From positions 1 through 64,000 of the forward strand of contig JAZSIR010000012.1 of assembly GCA_045533905.1 (NCBI GenBank): 64,000 nucleotides of DNA, written 5' to 3'. Shown one piece after another: positions 48,846 through 58,326 of the stretch. Position 1 is the stretch's first letter. Every line of letters begins with the position of its first letter. This stretch comes from Clostridia bacterium (GTDB taxonomy: Bacteria; Bacillota; Clostridia; UMGS1883; UMGS1540). Made by a program: the position numbers and the translations under genes. The notes under the pieces were generated by a model. It had not been told where the DNA came from, searched no databases, and saw only the letters and a list, made by a program, of their open reading frames with translations.

Positions 48846-49970
48846 ATGATATATCTAGATAACAGCGCAACTACAAAGCCTGCAAAAGAGGCTGTGGATG
48901 CTTTTTTACTCACCGCGGAAACAGAGTACGGAAATCCTTCTTCTGTCCACGAGATGGGAGCGAAAGCTTCCAAAATTCTGAAAGATGCCCGCGAGACTGT
49001 AGCAGAGGCTATGCACGTGGAGCCAAGCGAAATTGTTTTTACAAGCGGCGGCACGATGGCAGATAATCTTGCGGTTTTGGGTGGCGTAAGCGTAAAACGC
49101 GGCGGTAGGGTAGTTACCACGTCAATCGAACATCCGGCTGTTAAAAACGCCTGCGCTGCGCTTGAGGCGCAAGGAATACGGGTGACGTACGTAGCCCCCG
49201 GGAAAGACGGCGTGGTTGCGGCAGAAAGCATACGCGCAGCACTTACGGCAGATACAGTTTTGGTAAGCGTGATGCATGTCAATAACGAAACAGGTGCCAT
49301 CCAGCCGATTGAAGAAATTAAAAAGAGTATGAGCACAGTGTGCCCGAAGGCGCTTTTGCATACAGATTGCGTGCAGTCTTTCGGTAAAATTCCGGTTTTG
49401 CCGCGCTTGATGGGGGCTGACCTTGTGAGCGTGAGTGCGCATAAAATTCGCGGTCTTCGCGGCGTGGGTGCTCTCTATGTGCGAAAAGGCGTAACACTTT
49501 ACCCACTCATTTACGGCGGTGGGCAAGAAAGAAATATTGCACCCGGCACAGAAAATTTGCCCGGTATTGCGGCGATGGCGGCGGCTGTGAAGCTTCCGCA
49601 CGATTACGAAAAAGTACAGAGACTTTCCGAAATGCTTCTTAGTGGAATCCTTGAAATCGGGAATGTGTATGTGAACAGTCCCACGGGGCGCCTTCCGCAT
49701 ATTCTTAATGTATCTTTTGCCAAGGTGCCGTCCGAGGTGGTTACGAATGCACTTTCCGGAAAAGGCATTTGTGTTTCCGGTGGTTCGGCCTGCGCGGGTG
49801 CACGTTCTGAAAAAAGCTATGTGCTTCGTAGTATGGGTGTACCGGCACCGGATAGCGGCGTACGCTTCAGCCTTTCGGATACGAATACGGAAGAGGAAAT
49901 TATAGAAACCATAAAGGTGCTGAAAGAGGTTGTGCCGATGCTTTATGCGGCACTTGGAATGAGGGGTTAG
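48846..49970 (+). CDS. Cysteine desulfurase (IscS/NifZ-like, ThiI-associated)
   Basis: YLDNSATT, NPSS, NNETG, SAHK, GSAC. Confidence 0.93.
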   Translation: MIYLDNSATTKPAKEAVDAFLLTAETEYGNPSSVHEMGAKASKILKDARETVAEAMHVEPSEIVFTSGGTMADNLAVLGGVSVKRGGRVVTTSIEHPAVKNACAALEAQGIRVTYVAPGKDGVVAAESIRAALTADTVLVSVMHVNNETGAIQPIEEIKKSMSTVCPKALLHTDCVQSFGKIPVLPRLMGADLVSVSAHKIRGLRGVGALYVRKGVTLYPLIYGGGQERNIAPGTENLPGIAAMAAAVKLPHDYEKVQRLSEMLLSGILEIGNVYVNSPTGRLPHILNVSFAKVPSEVVTNALSGKGICVSGGSACAGARSEKSYVLRSMGVPAPDSGVRFSLSDTNTEEEIIETIKVLKEVVPMLYAALGMRG

Positions 49971-49972
49971 AG

Positions 49973-51124
49973 ATGAAAGAAATTATTTTGATTAAATATG
50001 GCGAAATTATATTAAAAGGTCTTAACCGTCATATTTTTGAGGACAAGCTTGTGCGAAACATCCGCAATGCTGTTGGAACAGATGCACGTGTTTATAAATC
50101 GCGCGCAACTGTTTATGCAGAACCTTCTGAAGGAGCAGATGTAGATGCGCTCGTGCAGAAAATCAAGCGCGTATTCGGCGTTGTATACGTCATTCGTACC
50201 GCTGTATGCGAGAAAGAACTCGAGTCCATTGGAAAAACGGTTCTTTCGTACGTCTCTCTCGGCGGGTACAAGACCTTTAAGGTAGAAACTAAACGCGCGG
50301 ATAAAACGTACCCCTTAAAGTCGCCCGAAGTAAGCGCCGAAATCGGCGGTATGATTTTAGAGGCGCATCCGCATCTTACGGTAGATGTACGTGAGCCCGA
50401 AATCACGGTCAATGTAGAGATTCGTGAAGCAGGTGCCTATGTGTACGCGGAAAAGCAAAAAGGTCCCGGTGGTATGCCTACAGGTTCTGCCGGTAAAGTT
50501 ATGCTTCTTCTGTCCGGCGGGATTGACAGCCCTGTTGCAGGCTATATGATGGCAAGGCGCGGCACCACGATGGATGCAGTTCACTTTTTCTCGCCGCCTT
50601 TTACAAGTGAAAAGGCAAAGGAGAAGGTGCTCGATTTAGCAAAAATTTTGGCACGGTACACGGGCGGTATGCGCGTGCATATTGTGCCGTTTACAGAACA
50701 ACAATTACAGATGAAGGCAAAATGCCCTCAGGAGCATCTTACGATTTTAATGCGCCGCATGATGATGCGAATCGCCTGCGAAATTGCAGAAAACACAGGG
50801 GCCGGCGCGGTGGTTACGGGCGAGAGCCTCGGGCAGGTAGCAAGCCAGACGCTTGAAGCCATTGGTGTTACCGACGCGTGCGCCACGATGCCGTGTTTCC
50901 GTCCGCTTATCGGTATGGATAAAGACGAAATAATTTCTATAGCCAGAAAAATTGACAGTTATGAAACCTCTATTTTGCCGTATGAGGATTGCTGCACAAT
51001 TTTTGTGCCAAAGCACCCGACAACAAAGCCGCGGCTTGAGAAAATTCTGGAGTCGGAAGCGCTTCTCGACACAGAAGGTCTGATTCGAAAAGCGCTAGAG
51101 GAAACGGTGCATATCGATGTGTAA
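49973..51124 (+). CDS. thiI: tRNA 4-thiouridine(8) synthase
   Basis: THUMP domain, LLSGGIDSPVA, GESLGQVASQT, EDCC. Confidence 0.96.
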   Translation: MKEIILIKYGEIILKGLNRHIFEDKLVRNIRNAVGTDARVYKSRATVYAEPSEGADVDALVQKIKRVFGVVYVIRTAVCEKELESIGKTVLSYVSLGGYKTFKVETKRADKTYPLKSPEVSAEIGGMILEAHPHLTVDVREPEITVNVEIREAGAYVYAEKQKGPGGMPTGSAGKVMLLLSGGIDSPVAGYMMARRGTTMDAVHFFSPPFTSEKAKEKVLDLAKILARYTGGMRVHIVPFTEQQLQMKAKCPQEHLTILMRRMMMRIACEIAENTGAGAVVTGESLGQVASQTLEAIGVTDACATMPCFRPLIGMDKDEIISIARKIDSYETSILPYEDCCTIFVPKHPTTKPRLEKILESEALLDTEGLIRKALEETVHIDV

Positions 51125-51587
51125 AGAAAATGCGGTTTTTGATCTACTGATAGAGAAAGACATCAAAGTTGCTACGGCCGAATCCTGCACAGGCGGTATG
51201 CTTGGAGCGGCGTTTACCGATTACCCCGGTATATCTTCTGTGTTCCTAGAAGGGGTAATCACATACGCGAACGAGGCGAAAATCCGCCTCGGCGTTTTGC
51301 CGGATACCCTTCGAGCGCATGGCGCGGTAAGCCGCGAGACAGCGGCTGAGATGGCGGAGGCCGTCAGAAAACGGGCGGGGGCCGACATCGGCATCAGCAC
51401 AACCGGTATTGCAGGTCCCGGAGGGGGTACGCCGGAAAAACCCGTGGGCCTTGTATTCGTTGGAATTTCCACTGCCGAAGAAACAAGAACATATGCATTG
51501 AGACTTTCCGGTGACCGTGATGCTGTGCGAAGAAAAACTGTTTCTCTGTGTTTCCATCTTTTGAGAAGGAGTATGCAAAATGATTAA
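51117..51587 (+). CDS. pncC: Nicotinamide mononucleotide deamidase (CinA C-terminal/PncC)
   Basis: AESCTGG, HGAVS, TGIAGPGGG, KPVG. Confidence 0.88.
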   Translation: MCKENAVFDLLIEKDIKVATAESCTGGMLGAAFTDYPGISSVFLEGVITYANEAKIRLGVLPDTLRAHGAVSRETAAEMAEAVRKRAGADIGISTTGIAGPGGGTPEKPVGLVFVGISTAEETRTYALRLSGDRDAVRRKTVSLCFHLLRRSMQND

Positions 51588-52377
51588 ACTTTGGGAAAAA
51601 GAGATACCATATTTTAATGCGGAATATAACCAGGAAGAGCCGTGCCTTACGCCGTTTCTTTTGGATGACGGCAAGGTACATCCGTGCATAATTGTACTTG
51701 CGGGCGGCGGCTATGACCACCGTGCAGAGCATGAGGGGGCGCCTATTGCAAAGTGGCTTAATACTGTGGGGATAAATGCCTTTGTGCTTGCATATCGTTT
51801 TGCCCCATACACACGAAAAGCTATTTTGGGCGATGCCCTTCGCGCAGTACGCCTCGTACGAAGCCGTGCGGAGGAATTTAATATTGATCCCGAAAAAGTC
51901 GGCGTTATCGGTTTTTCTGCAGGCGGGCACCTTGCCGCAATGACGGCGCTGCGCCATGCCGATGCAGAACTTTCTGCAGATGACCCCGTGGATGCATTTT
52001 CCTCGCGCCCGGATGTGGCAGTTCTCTGCTATCCGGTGATTTCCTTTCAGAAGTTTCCGCATTTGGGGAGTGCCAAAAACTTCCTTGGCGCGGAAAGAAA
52101 GCTTTTGCAGATGTATTCTGCCGAACAGCTTGTAACGGAAGATGCGCCGCCTATGTTTTTGTGGCATGCGGCAGATGACCCTATCGTGCCCGTGGAAAAC
52201 AGTATTATGATGGCCCTTGCGCTTCGGGAAAAGAAAATCCCGTTTGCACTTCATATCTATCCGCGCGGCGGACACGGAAAGAATTTAGCGATTGGTATCC
52301 CGGAAACTTGCCGTTGGCCGGAAACCTGCGCCGCATGGATCTCTAACCAATTTGGCATAGAAGGAGAAACATTTTGA
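51580..52377 (+). CDS. Alpha/beta hydrolase (esterase), tandem paralog 1
   Basis: GGGY, GFSAGGH, DPIVP, GGHG. Confidence 0.9.
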   Translation: MIKLWEKEIPYFNAEYNQEEPCLTPFLLDDGKVHPCIIVLAGGGYDHRAEHEGAPIAKWLNTVGINAFVLAYRFAPYTRKAILGDALRAVRLVRSRAEEFNIDPEKVGVIGFSAGGHLAAMTALRHADAELSADDPVDAFSSRPDVAVLCYPVISFQKFPHLGSAKNFLGAERKLLQMYSAEQLVTEDAPPMFLWHAADDPIVPVENSIMMALALREKKIPFALHIYPRGGHGKNLAIGIPETCRWPETCAAWISNQFGIEGETF

Positions 52378-53183
52378 ACGAAAAGATAAAGCTTTGGGAA
52401 AAAGAAACCCCATATTTTAAAAGCGAATACGGGCAGGAGGAGCCGGATATCACGCCGTACCTTCTGGAAGACGGTAAGGTACATCCATGCGTAATTGTTT
52501 TTCCCGGCGGGGGATATACCGAGCGTGCGTATCACGAAGGGGAGCCGATTGCAAAATGGCTCAATTCCATTGGCCTACATGCTTTTGTGCTTGCGTATCG
52601 CGTTGTGCCGTATACGTACCCCGCTATTTTGGGAGACGCGCTTCGTGCGGTTCGCGTGGTGCGAAGCCGCGCTGAAGAATTTAAAATTTGCCCCGATAAA
52701 ATCGGTGTTCTTGGTTTTTCTTCCGGTGGACACCTTGCCGCGATGACGGCACTTCGCCATGATTTGGCAGAGCTTTCGCCTATCGACCCAGTAGATGCCG
52801 TATCGAGCCGTCCCGATGCCGCAATTCTTTGCTATCCCGTGCTTTCTTTTGAGCAGTACATACACGAGGGAAGCCGTATGCGGTTTTTAGGTGACGAGCA
52901 AAACTGGGAAAGCTACCATGCTTTTTCTGCAGAAGCAATTGTAACGCCGGATGCCCCGCCCATGTTTCTTTGGCATACAGGGGAGGACAGCGGCGTACTG
53001 CCCGAAAATAGCATCAACATGGCAATGGCGCTTCGCAAAAACCGCGTGCCCTTTGCTCTTCATCTCTATCCGGAAGGCGAACACGGATTAGGACTTGCAG
53101 AAAATGTTCCGCGCACTTCGATGTGGACAGACGATTGCCGCGCCTGGCTTTCTGAAACTTTCGAAATGGAGGCAGAAGGATGA
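52374..53183 (+). CDS. Alpha/beta hydrolase (esterase), tandem paralog 2
   Basis: PGGGY, GFSSGGH, DSGV, GEHGLG. Confidence 0.9.
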   Translation: MNEKIKLWEKETPYFKSEYGQEEPDITPYLLEDGKVHPCVIVFPGGGYTERAYHEGEPIAKWLNSIGLHAFVLAYRVVPYTYPAILGDALRAVRVVRSRAEEFKICPDKIGVLGFSSGGHLAAMTALRHDLAELSPIDPVDAVSSRPDAAILCYPVLSFEQYIHEGSRMRFLGDEQNWESYHAFSAEAIVTPDAPPMFLWHTGEDSGVLPENSINMAMALRKNRVPFALHLYPEGEHGLGLAENVPRTSMWTDDCRAWLSETFEMEAEG

Positions 53184-55354
53184 ATAATCCCCCGATTGAA
53201 CAGCACATTACCGACACGCTTGAACAAAACTATATGCCCTACGCGATGAGCGTAATCATTTCGCGTGCCATTCCTGAAATTGATGGCTTTAAGCCGTCAC
53301 ATCGCAAGCTCCTTTATACGATGTACAAAATGGGGCTCATAAACGGAAATCGCACGAAATCCGCGAATGTTGTCGGGCAGACGATGAAGCTCAACCCTCA
53401 CGGCGATGCGGCCATTTACGAAACGATGGTACGTATGACCTCGGGTAACGAGGCACTTCTTCATCCGTTTGTGGATTCGAAGGGTAACTTCGGTAAACAG
53501 TTCAGCCGTGATATGGCCTATGCGGCCGCGCGCTACACAGAGGTAAAGCTCGATGCCATATGTAATGAGCTTTTTGGAGAAATTGATAAGAACACGGTAG
53601 ATTTTATGGATAACTATGACGGTACCATGAAAGAACCTGTGCTTTTGCCCGTAACATTTCCAACGATTCTGGTAAATCCCAATCAGGGCATTGCCGTCGG
53701 TATGGCAAGCAATATCTGTAGCTTTAACCTTCGCGAACTCTGTGAAGCAACTGTGCAGATTATCAAAAACGAAAAGAGTGACATTCGCTCCATTATGCCG
53801 GCACCGGACTTTTCTACGGGCGCGTATCTTCTCCTGGATGAAGCGGAGATTGATAAAATTTACGAGACTGGGCGCGGGAGCGTTCGTCTTCGCGCGAAGT
53901 ATACCTTCGACAAGAAGAATAACTGCATTGAGATTTTTGAAATTCCGTATACAACTGCCACAGAAGTTATTATTGACCGTGTGGTAGAACTCATAAAAGC
54001 CAATAAAATCCGTGAAATCACCGACATTCGTGACGAAACCGACCTTGGCGGTTTAAAGCTTACGATTGACCTTAAACGCGGCACGGATCCGGATAAGCTT
54101 ATGGCACGCCTTTATAAACTGACAACGCTTGAGGATACTTTCAGCTGTAACTTCAACATTCTGATTGACGGGCAGCCACGTGTTATGGGTGTTCGCGAAA
54201 TTCTGGTAGAATGGACGCGCTTCCGTAAAAAATGCATCAGTCGTCGCATTGCGTTTGACATTCAAAATAAAAAAGACAAGCTGCATCTCCTCCTCGGGCT
54301 TAAGAAAATCCTTTTGGATATTGACAAAGCCGTTCGCATTGTCAGGGAAACGGAACTTGATGAAGAGGTCGTGCCGAATCTTATGGCAGGCTTTGGTATC
54401 GATAAAGTGCAGGCAGAATTCGTTGCGGAAATCAAACTTCGCAATCTGAACAAGCAGCACATCTTAAAGCGTACGGCCGAAACCGATGCACTCGCAGAGG
54501 AAATCGAGAAGCTTACCTACACGCTTGAACACGACAGCGAAATCAAAAAGCTTATTATTGCTTCACTTCGTGAAACGGCCAAAAAATTCGGTAAGGATAG
54601 AAAAACAGAAATTATCGAGGGAGAGGAAGTAGAAACAGTATCCGAAATCGAAGAGGTAGAGGATTACAATGTGAAAATCTTCTTCACGCGCGATAATTAT
54701 CTTAAGAAGATTTCGCTCGTTTCTCTTCGTTCAGCTGCGGAACAGAAACTGAAAGAGGGCGATGAGATCATTTCTGTATTTGATGCATCAAACCGCTGGG
54801 ATGTCCTTCTTTTCAGCAATCAGCAAAACGTGTACAAGCTTCGTCTTTCTGATGTAACGGACTGCAAGGCCAGCGCTCTCGGTGAATTTTTACCGAACCT
54901 TTTGGGCCTTGAGGGCGATGAAAGAATAGTGTACGCCGTACCTACGGATAAATACACAGGTTATATGCTTTTTGGCTTTGAAAATGGTAAGATCGCCAAA
55001 ACAGAGATGCAAAGCTACGCCACAAAGCTAAACCGCAAGAAGCTGACAAGTGCATATAGCGGCGCCTCTTCGCTTATTGATATTTTATATATTCCTGAAG
55101 ATACTCACGTTACACTCTGGAGTACCTCCGGGAAGGTGCTGACACTGCACACGGAAAACCTTGAACCGAAAAGCACACGTGCCACACAGGGCGTGCAGGT
55201 GATGCGCATGAAGAAGGGGCATACACTCTCGAGCATGGTGCTTGCAACGGAGGAAACGCTGCAGTATAAGAGTCGAAATATTCCGTCGGGCGGCTATTAT
55301 CCCGCAGAGGAAAAAGCAGCGGAGGAAGATGTCGGTCAGCTTTCTCTTTTCTGA
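53180..55354 (+). CDS. Type IIA DNA topoisomerase subunit A (ParC/GyrA-like, short CTD)
   Basis: RAIP..DG.KP, PHGD, GNFG, AARYTE, GIAVGMA, PDF.TG. Confidence 0.92.
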   Translation: MNNPPIEQHITDTLEQNYMPYAMSVIISRAIPEIDGFKPSHRKLLYTMYKMGLINGNRTKSANVVGQTMKLNPHGDAAIYETMVRMTSGNEALLHPFVDSKGNFGKQFSRDMAYAAARYTEVKLDAICNELFGEIDKNTVDFMDNYDGTMKEPVLLPVTFPTILVNPNQGIAVGMASNICSFNLRELCEATVQIIKNEKSDIRSIMPAPDFSTGAYLLLDEAEIDKIYETGRGSVRLRAKYTFDKKNNCIEIFEIPYTTATEVIIDRVVELIKANKIREITDIRDETDLGGLKLTIDLKRGTDPDKLMARLYKLTTLEDTFSCNFNILIDGQPRVMGVREILVEWTRFRKKCISRRIAFDIQNKKDKLHLLLGLKKILLDIDKAVRIVRETELDEEVVPNLMAGFGIDKVQAEFVAEIKLRNLNKQHILKRTAETDALAEEIEKLTYTLEHDSEIKKLIIASLRETAKKFGKDRKTEIIEGEEVETVSEIEEVEDYNVKIFFTRDNYLKKISLVSLRSAAEQKLKEGDEIISVFDASNRWDVLLFSNQQNVYKLRLSDVTDCKASALGEFLPNLLGLEGDERIVYAVPTDKYTGYMLFGFENGKIAKTEMQSYATKLNRKKLTSAYSGASSLIDILYIPEDTHVTLWSTSGKVLTLHTENLEPKSTRATQGVQVMRMKKGHTLSSMVLATEETLQYKSRNIPSGGYYPAEEKAAEEDVGQLSLF

Positions 55355-55359
55355 AGATA

Positions 55360-55394
55360 AAAATATGAGAACGCAATAGGCGTTCTCATATTTT
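55360..55394 (+). terminator. Rho-independent terminator
   Basis: AAAATATGAGAACGC..GCGTTCTCATATTTT. Confidence 0.85.
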
Positions 55395-55430
55395 ATTTCA
55401 CCCCATATATTTAGCTATGGGGGTGAAAGT

Positions 55431-56534
55431 TTGAAAAGGATTTTAATAGTAACCGTCGTATTTTGCCTTGCAATGCCGCGCGTTTTTGCAGAAGGACCTT
55501 CTGTTTCAGCCAAAAGTGCTGTTGTCTACGAATACGGGACCGGGAAGGTGGTGTTTTCTAAAAACGCGGATGAACGCCTTCCTATGGCCAGTACCACAAA
55601 AATTATGACGGCACTCGTAGCGCTTGAGGAAGGAAATCTTACGGATACGGTAACCGTCGGCCCGAATGCTGCAGGAGTGGAAGGGAGCTCGATGTACCTT
55701 AAGGCGGGTGAAATGCTCTCTCTTTCTGAACTTCTGTACGGCCTTATGCTCACTTCAGGAAACGATGCTGCGGTTGCAATTGCGGAGCATATTGCCGGAA
55801 GCGAAGAAGCCTTTGCAGAGAAAATGACAGCGCGCGCAAGGGCACTTGGGTGTAAGAATACGCAGTTTAGAAATGCAAACGGACTACCGGACGAGGAACA
55901 CTATACAACGGCCACGGAACTTGCGCGCATTACTGGCAAGGCGCTTGAAAACGATGTTTTTCGCACGATTGTTTCTTCAAAAAGTGTAAAAGTGGGCGGA
56001 CGAACCCTCACGAATCACAATAAATTCTTGTCTATGTATGAAGGCGCAATCGGCGTAAAAACGGGATTTACAAAAGCGGCGGGCAGAACGCTTGTCACCG
56101 CGGCAGAACGCGGGGGTATTCGGCTGATTGCCGTAACCTTGTGCGCGCCGGACGATTGGGATGACCATGCTGCCATGCTTGATTACGCCTTTGACAGAAT
56201 GGAAAAACGGGAAATAACGAAACAGGGCGCGCCGGCAGGAGAAGTTTCTGTAGAAAACGGTATGGATACAACTGTTTCTGTAAACTTTTCTGGAGATTTC
56301 GATATTCCTGTTCTGAAAACAGAGAAGACGGAGCTTGTTCCGAAAATGCCATCGTCCGTGATGGCTCCCGTTATGAAGGGGGAGGAAATCGGTGTGGCAG
56401 AAATTCTCCTGGAAGGTATCAAGATGGGTGAGGTGCCGATTGTGGCGGCCGAAACGGTCGAGGAAAAACCGAAACCGTCTCTTTTTGCACATCTTCGCGC
56501 AGTTTTTACAGTATGGGCAAAATTGTATATATAA
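55431..56534 (+). CDS. D-alanyl-D-alanine carboxypeptidase (DacB-like)
   Basis: ASTTK (SxxK), SGNDAA, KTGFT, PDDWDDH. Confidence 0.92.
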   Translation: MKRILIVTVVFCLAMPRVFAEGPSVSAKSAVVYEYGTGKVVFSKNADERLPMASTTKIMTALVALEEGNLTDTVTVGPNAAGVEGSSMYLKAGEMLSLSELLYGLMLTSGNDAAVAIAEHIAGSEEAFAEKMTARARALGCKNTQFRNANGLPDEEHYTTATELARITGKALENDVFRTIVSSKSVKVGGRTLTNHNKFLSMYEGAIGVKTGFTKAAGRTLVTAAERGGIRLIAVTLCAPDDWDDHAAMLDYAFDRMEKREITKQGAPAGEVSVENGMDTTVSVNFSGDFDIPVLKTEKTELVPKMPSSVMAPVMKGEEIGVAEILLEGIKMGEVPIVAAETVEEKPKPSLFAHLRAVFTVWAKLYI

Positions 56535-56542
56535 AATTTCTC

Positions 56543-56571
56543 TTGCAATATGCAAAAGAGAATGGTATACT
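56543..56571 (+). promoter_or_regulatory. Sigma-A promoter of trmL
   Basis: TTGCAA-N17-TATACT with TG. Confidence 0.65.
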
Positions 56572-56600
56572 GTGAAAAGATGCGCGAAAGGAAGAGAATT

Positions 56601-57089
56601 ATGGCGTTTAATATTGTACTGGTAGAACCGGAAATTCCGCAGAATACAGGGAATATCGCACGAACCTGTGCGGCAACCGGAGCAAAATTACACATTGTGA
56701 AGCCGATGGGCTTTGAAATTGACGATAAAAAGCTGAAAAGAGCGGGGCTTGATTATTGGCACCTATTAGGCGTGCAGTATTATGAAAATCTTGCTGACTT
56801 TTTAGAAAAGCACGGTGATAAACGGCTTTTCCTTGCAAGCACAAAAGCACCGAGGCGACATTCGGATGTGGAATATAAGGATGGAGATTTTCTTGTCTTT
56901 GGCAAGGAGACACGTGGCCTTCCGGAAGATTTTATAAAGGAGAGACTGGATATGGCTGTGCGTATTCCGATGATTTCGGAAGCGCGCTCGCTGAATCTTT
57001 CAAACTCCGTAGCCATTATGGTGTACGAGGCACTCCGGCAGACTAATTATGAAAACTTGAAAACAGAAGGCATATTCAAAGAGGTGTAA
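56601..57089 (+). CDS. trmL: tRNA (cytidine(34)-2'-O)-methyltransferase
   Basis: PEIPQNTGNIAR, RAGLDYW, FGKETRGLP, RSLNLS. Confidence 0.96.
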   Translation: MAFNIVLVEPEIPQNTGNIARTCAATGAKLHIVKPMGFEIDDKKLKRAGLDYWHLLGVQYYENLADFLEKHGDKRLFLASTKAPRRHSDVEYKDGDFLVFGKETRGLPEDFIKERLDMAVRIPMISEARSLNLSNSVAIMVYEALRQTNYENLKTEGIFKEV

Positions 57090-57111
57090 CCGTATCGGTT
57101 ACACCTCTTTT
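57078..57111. terminator. Bidirectional terminator
   Basis: AAAGAGGTGTAACCG..CGGTTACACCTCTTTT. Confidence 0.85.
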
Positions 57112-57123
57112 GTACAAATATAT

Positions 57124-57789
57124 TTACATGAGCGCGTGTGCGGCCATACTGTAGTACATATCGTCACCAACAATGATGTGGTCAATTACAGAAATGCCGA
57201 GAAGCTGAAACGCCTCTTGCAGGCGTCTTGTAAGACCGATATCCGTGTCCGACGGTTCAATCATCCCCATCGGATGGTTATGTACCAAAATGACGGAGAA
57301 GGCCTTCTGCTGGAGCGCATATTCCACAACCTTTCTCGTGTCAATCATAACGCGGTAGGTAGAACCTTCCGCAACCTGTTTCATAGAAAGCACGCGCCGC
57401 TGATTATCAAGACACATCACGTAGAAGCCCTCGCGCGTCTGGTCGCCTACAACGCGAAGCGCATAAAGACCGGCATCTGTTGCCGTGTCAAGCTCCGGAA
57501 GCTTTTCCTGCTTTCCGAATGCATATAAGTTAAAGCAATCCTTGATGAGGTGGAGAAGAAGCGCACTGTTTTTGCCCACACCATCCACGCTGCAAAGAGA
57601 CTCTATGTCCGCATCCAGAACGCCGCTGAAGGAACGAAAGGTTTCCAGAAGACGGTGCGCCGTTTCATTTGTGTTCACACGGGGCTGTGAAAAGAAGAGT
57701 AGCAGCTCAAGCACCTCGTGGGGCGCCAGAGCATTGATTCCGTTTTGAAGATATTTCTCGCGCATTCGCTCACGATGGCCTTCGTGCAT
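57124..57789 (-). CDS. radC: RadC family (JAB domain) protein
   Basis: GHRERMR, ELLL, HNHP.G..PS..D, DHIIV. Confidence 0.92.
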   Translation of the reverse strand: MHEGHRERMREKYLQNGINALAPHEVLELLLFFSQPRVNTNETAHRLLETFRSFSGVLDADIESLCSVDGVGKNSALLLHLIKDCFNLYAFGKQEKLPELDTATDAGLYALRVVGDQTREGFYVMCLDNQRRVLSMKQVAEGSTYRVMIDTRKVVEYALQQKAFSVILVHNHPMGMIEPSDTDIGLTRRLQEAFQLLGISVIDHIIVGDDMYYSMAAHALM

Positions 57790-57872
57790 ACCGATACCTC
57801 CCGGACATAGAAAAATGAAGAACAGAGAACAAAAATCCCAAATCCTTCATTTACCTATTTTATAAAAATGTT

Positions 57873-57948
57873 TGGTGACCCCAAAGGGAATCGAACCCTT
57901 GTTTTAGCCGTGAGAGGGCTACGTCCTAGGCCGCTAGACGATGGGGCC
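57873..57948 (-). tRNA. tRNA-Glu(CTC)
   Basis: GGCCCCA/TGGGGTC stem, TAGCC-CTCTCAC-GGCTA, GGTTCGATT, CCA. Confidence 0.96.
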
Positions 57949-58035
57949 GCAACACGATATATTTTAGCACGGATTTTTTTGGATGTCAAGAGATTTTTGA
58001 AAAAATAATAATAGGGAAGGAGAAGGCCTCCGTCC

Positions 58036-58107
58036 CTATTTCACCTTGAAAATACTCCTTAAAATGCCGCCCCAGAAACGGGGCGCTTTCCATACGACAA
58101 TTCTCAA
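58036..58107 (-). CDS. spoVM: Stage V sporulation protein SpoVM (23 aa, absent from the ORF track)
   Basis: TTG start 6 nt after GGAGGTG; MRIVVWKAPRFWGGILRSIFKVK matches the SpoVM K.P.F.GGI.R pattern; downstream hairpin at 58011-58039. Confidence 0.85.
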   Translation of the reverse strand: MRIVVWKAPRFWGGILRSIFKVK

Positions 58108-58124
58108 AAAAAGCACCTCCCATA

Positions 58125-58274
58125 CTAATCGCCGCAAAAGAAGCACCAGCCGACGATAATCAGCATAATCGCTTCAATAATGGCCAAAATCCACAGAGGC
58201 AGGGCGGCTGCAAGCAATGCACCCGTGGAAAAGGAAAAGATAATAATGCCGATTGCTCTGCGCTTACCACACAT
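58125..58274 (-). CDS. Small two-TM membrane protein upstream of spoVM (49 aa)
   Basis: GGAGGTG RBS; MCGKRRAIGIIIF..LAAALPLW..IIVGWCFFCGD. Confidence 0.7.
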   Translation of the reverse strand: MCGKRRAIGIIIFSFSTGALLAAALPLWILAIIEAIMLIIVGWCFFCGD

Positions 58275-58326
58275 TGTATGTACACCTCCGTATACTGTAT
58301 GGTATGCAAAGGCGCCTAAAAGGGTG

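Noticed and set aside
57124-57948. radC next to tRNA-Glu as a sign of an integrated element
   Set aside because: It is the full-length chromosomal-type RadC; no integrase or att duplication is visible.
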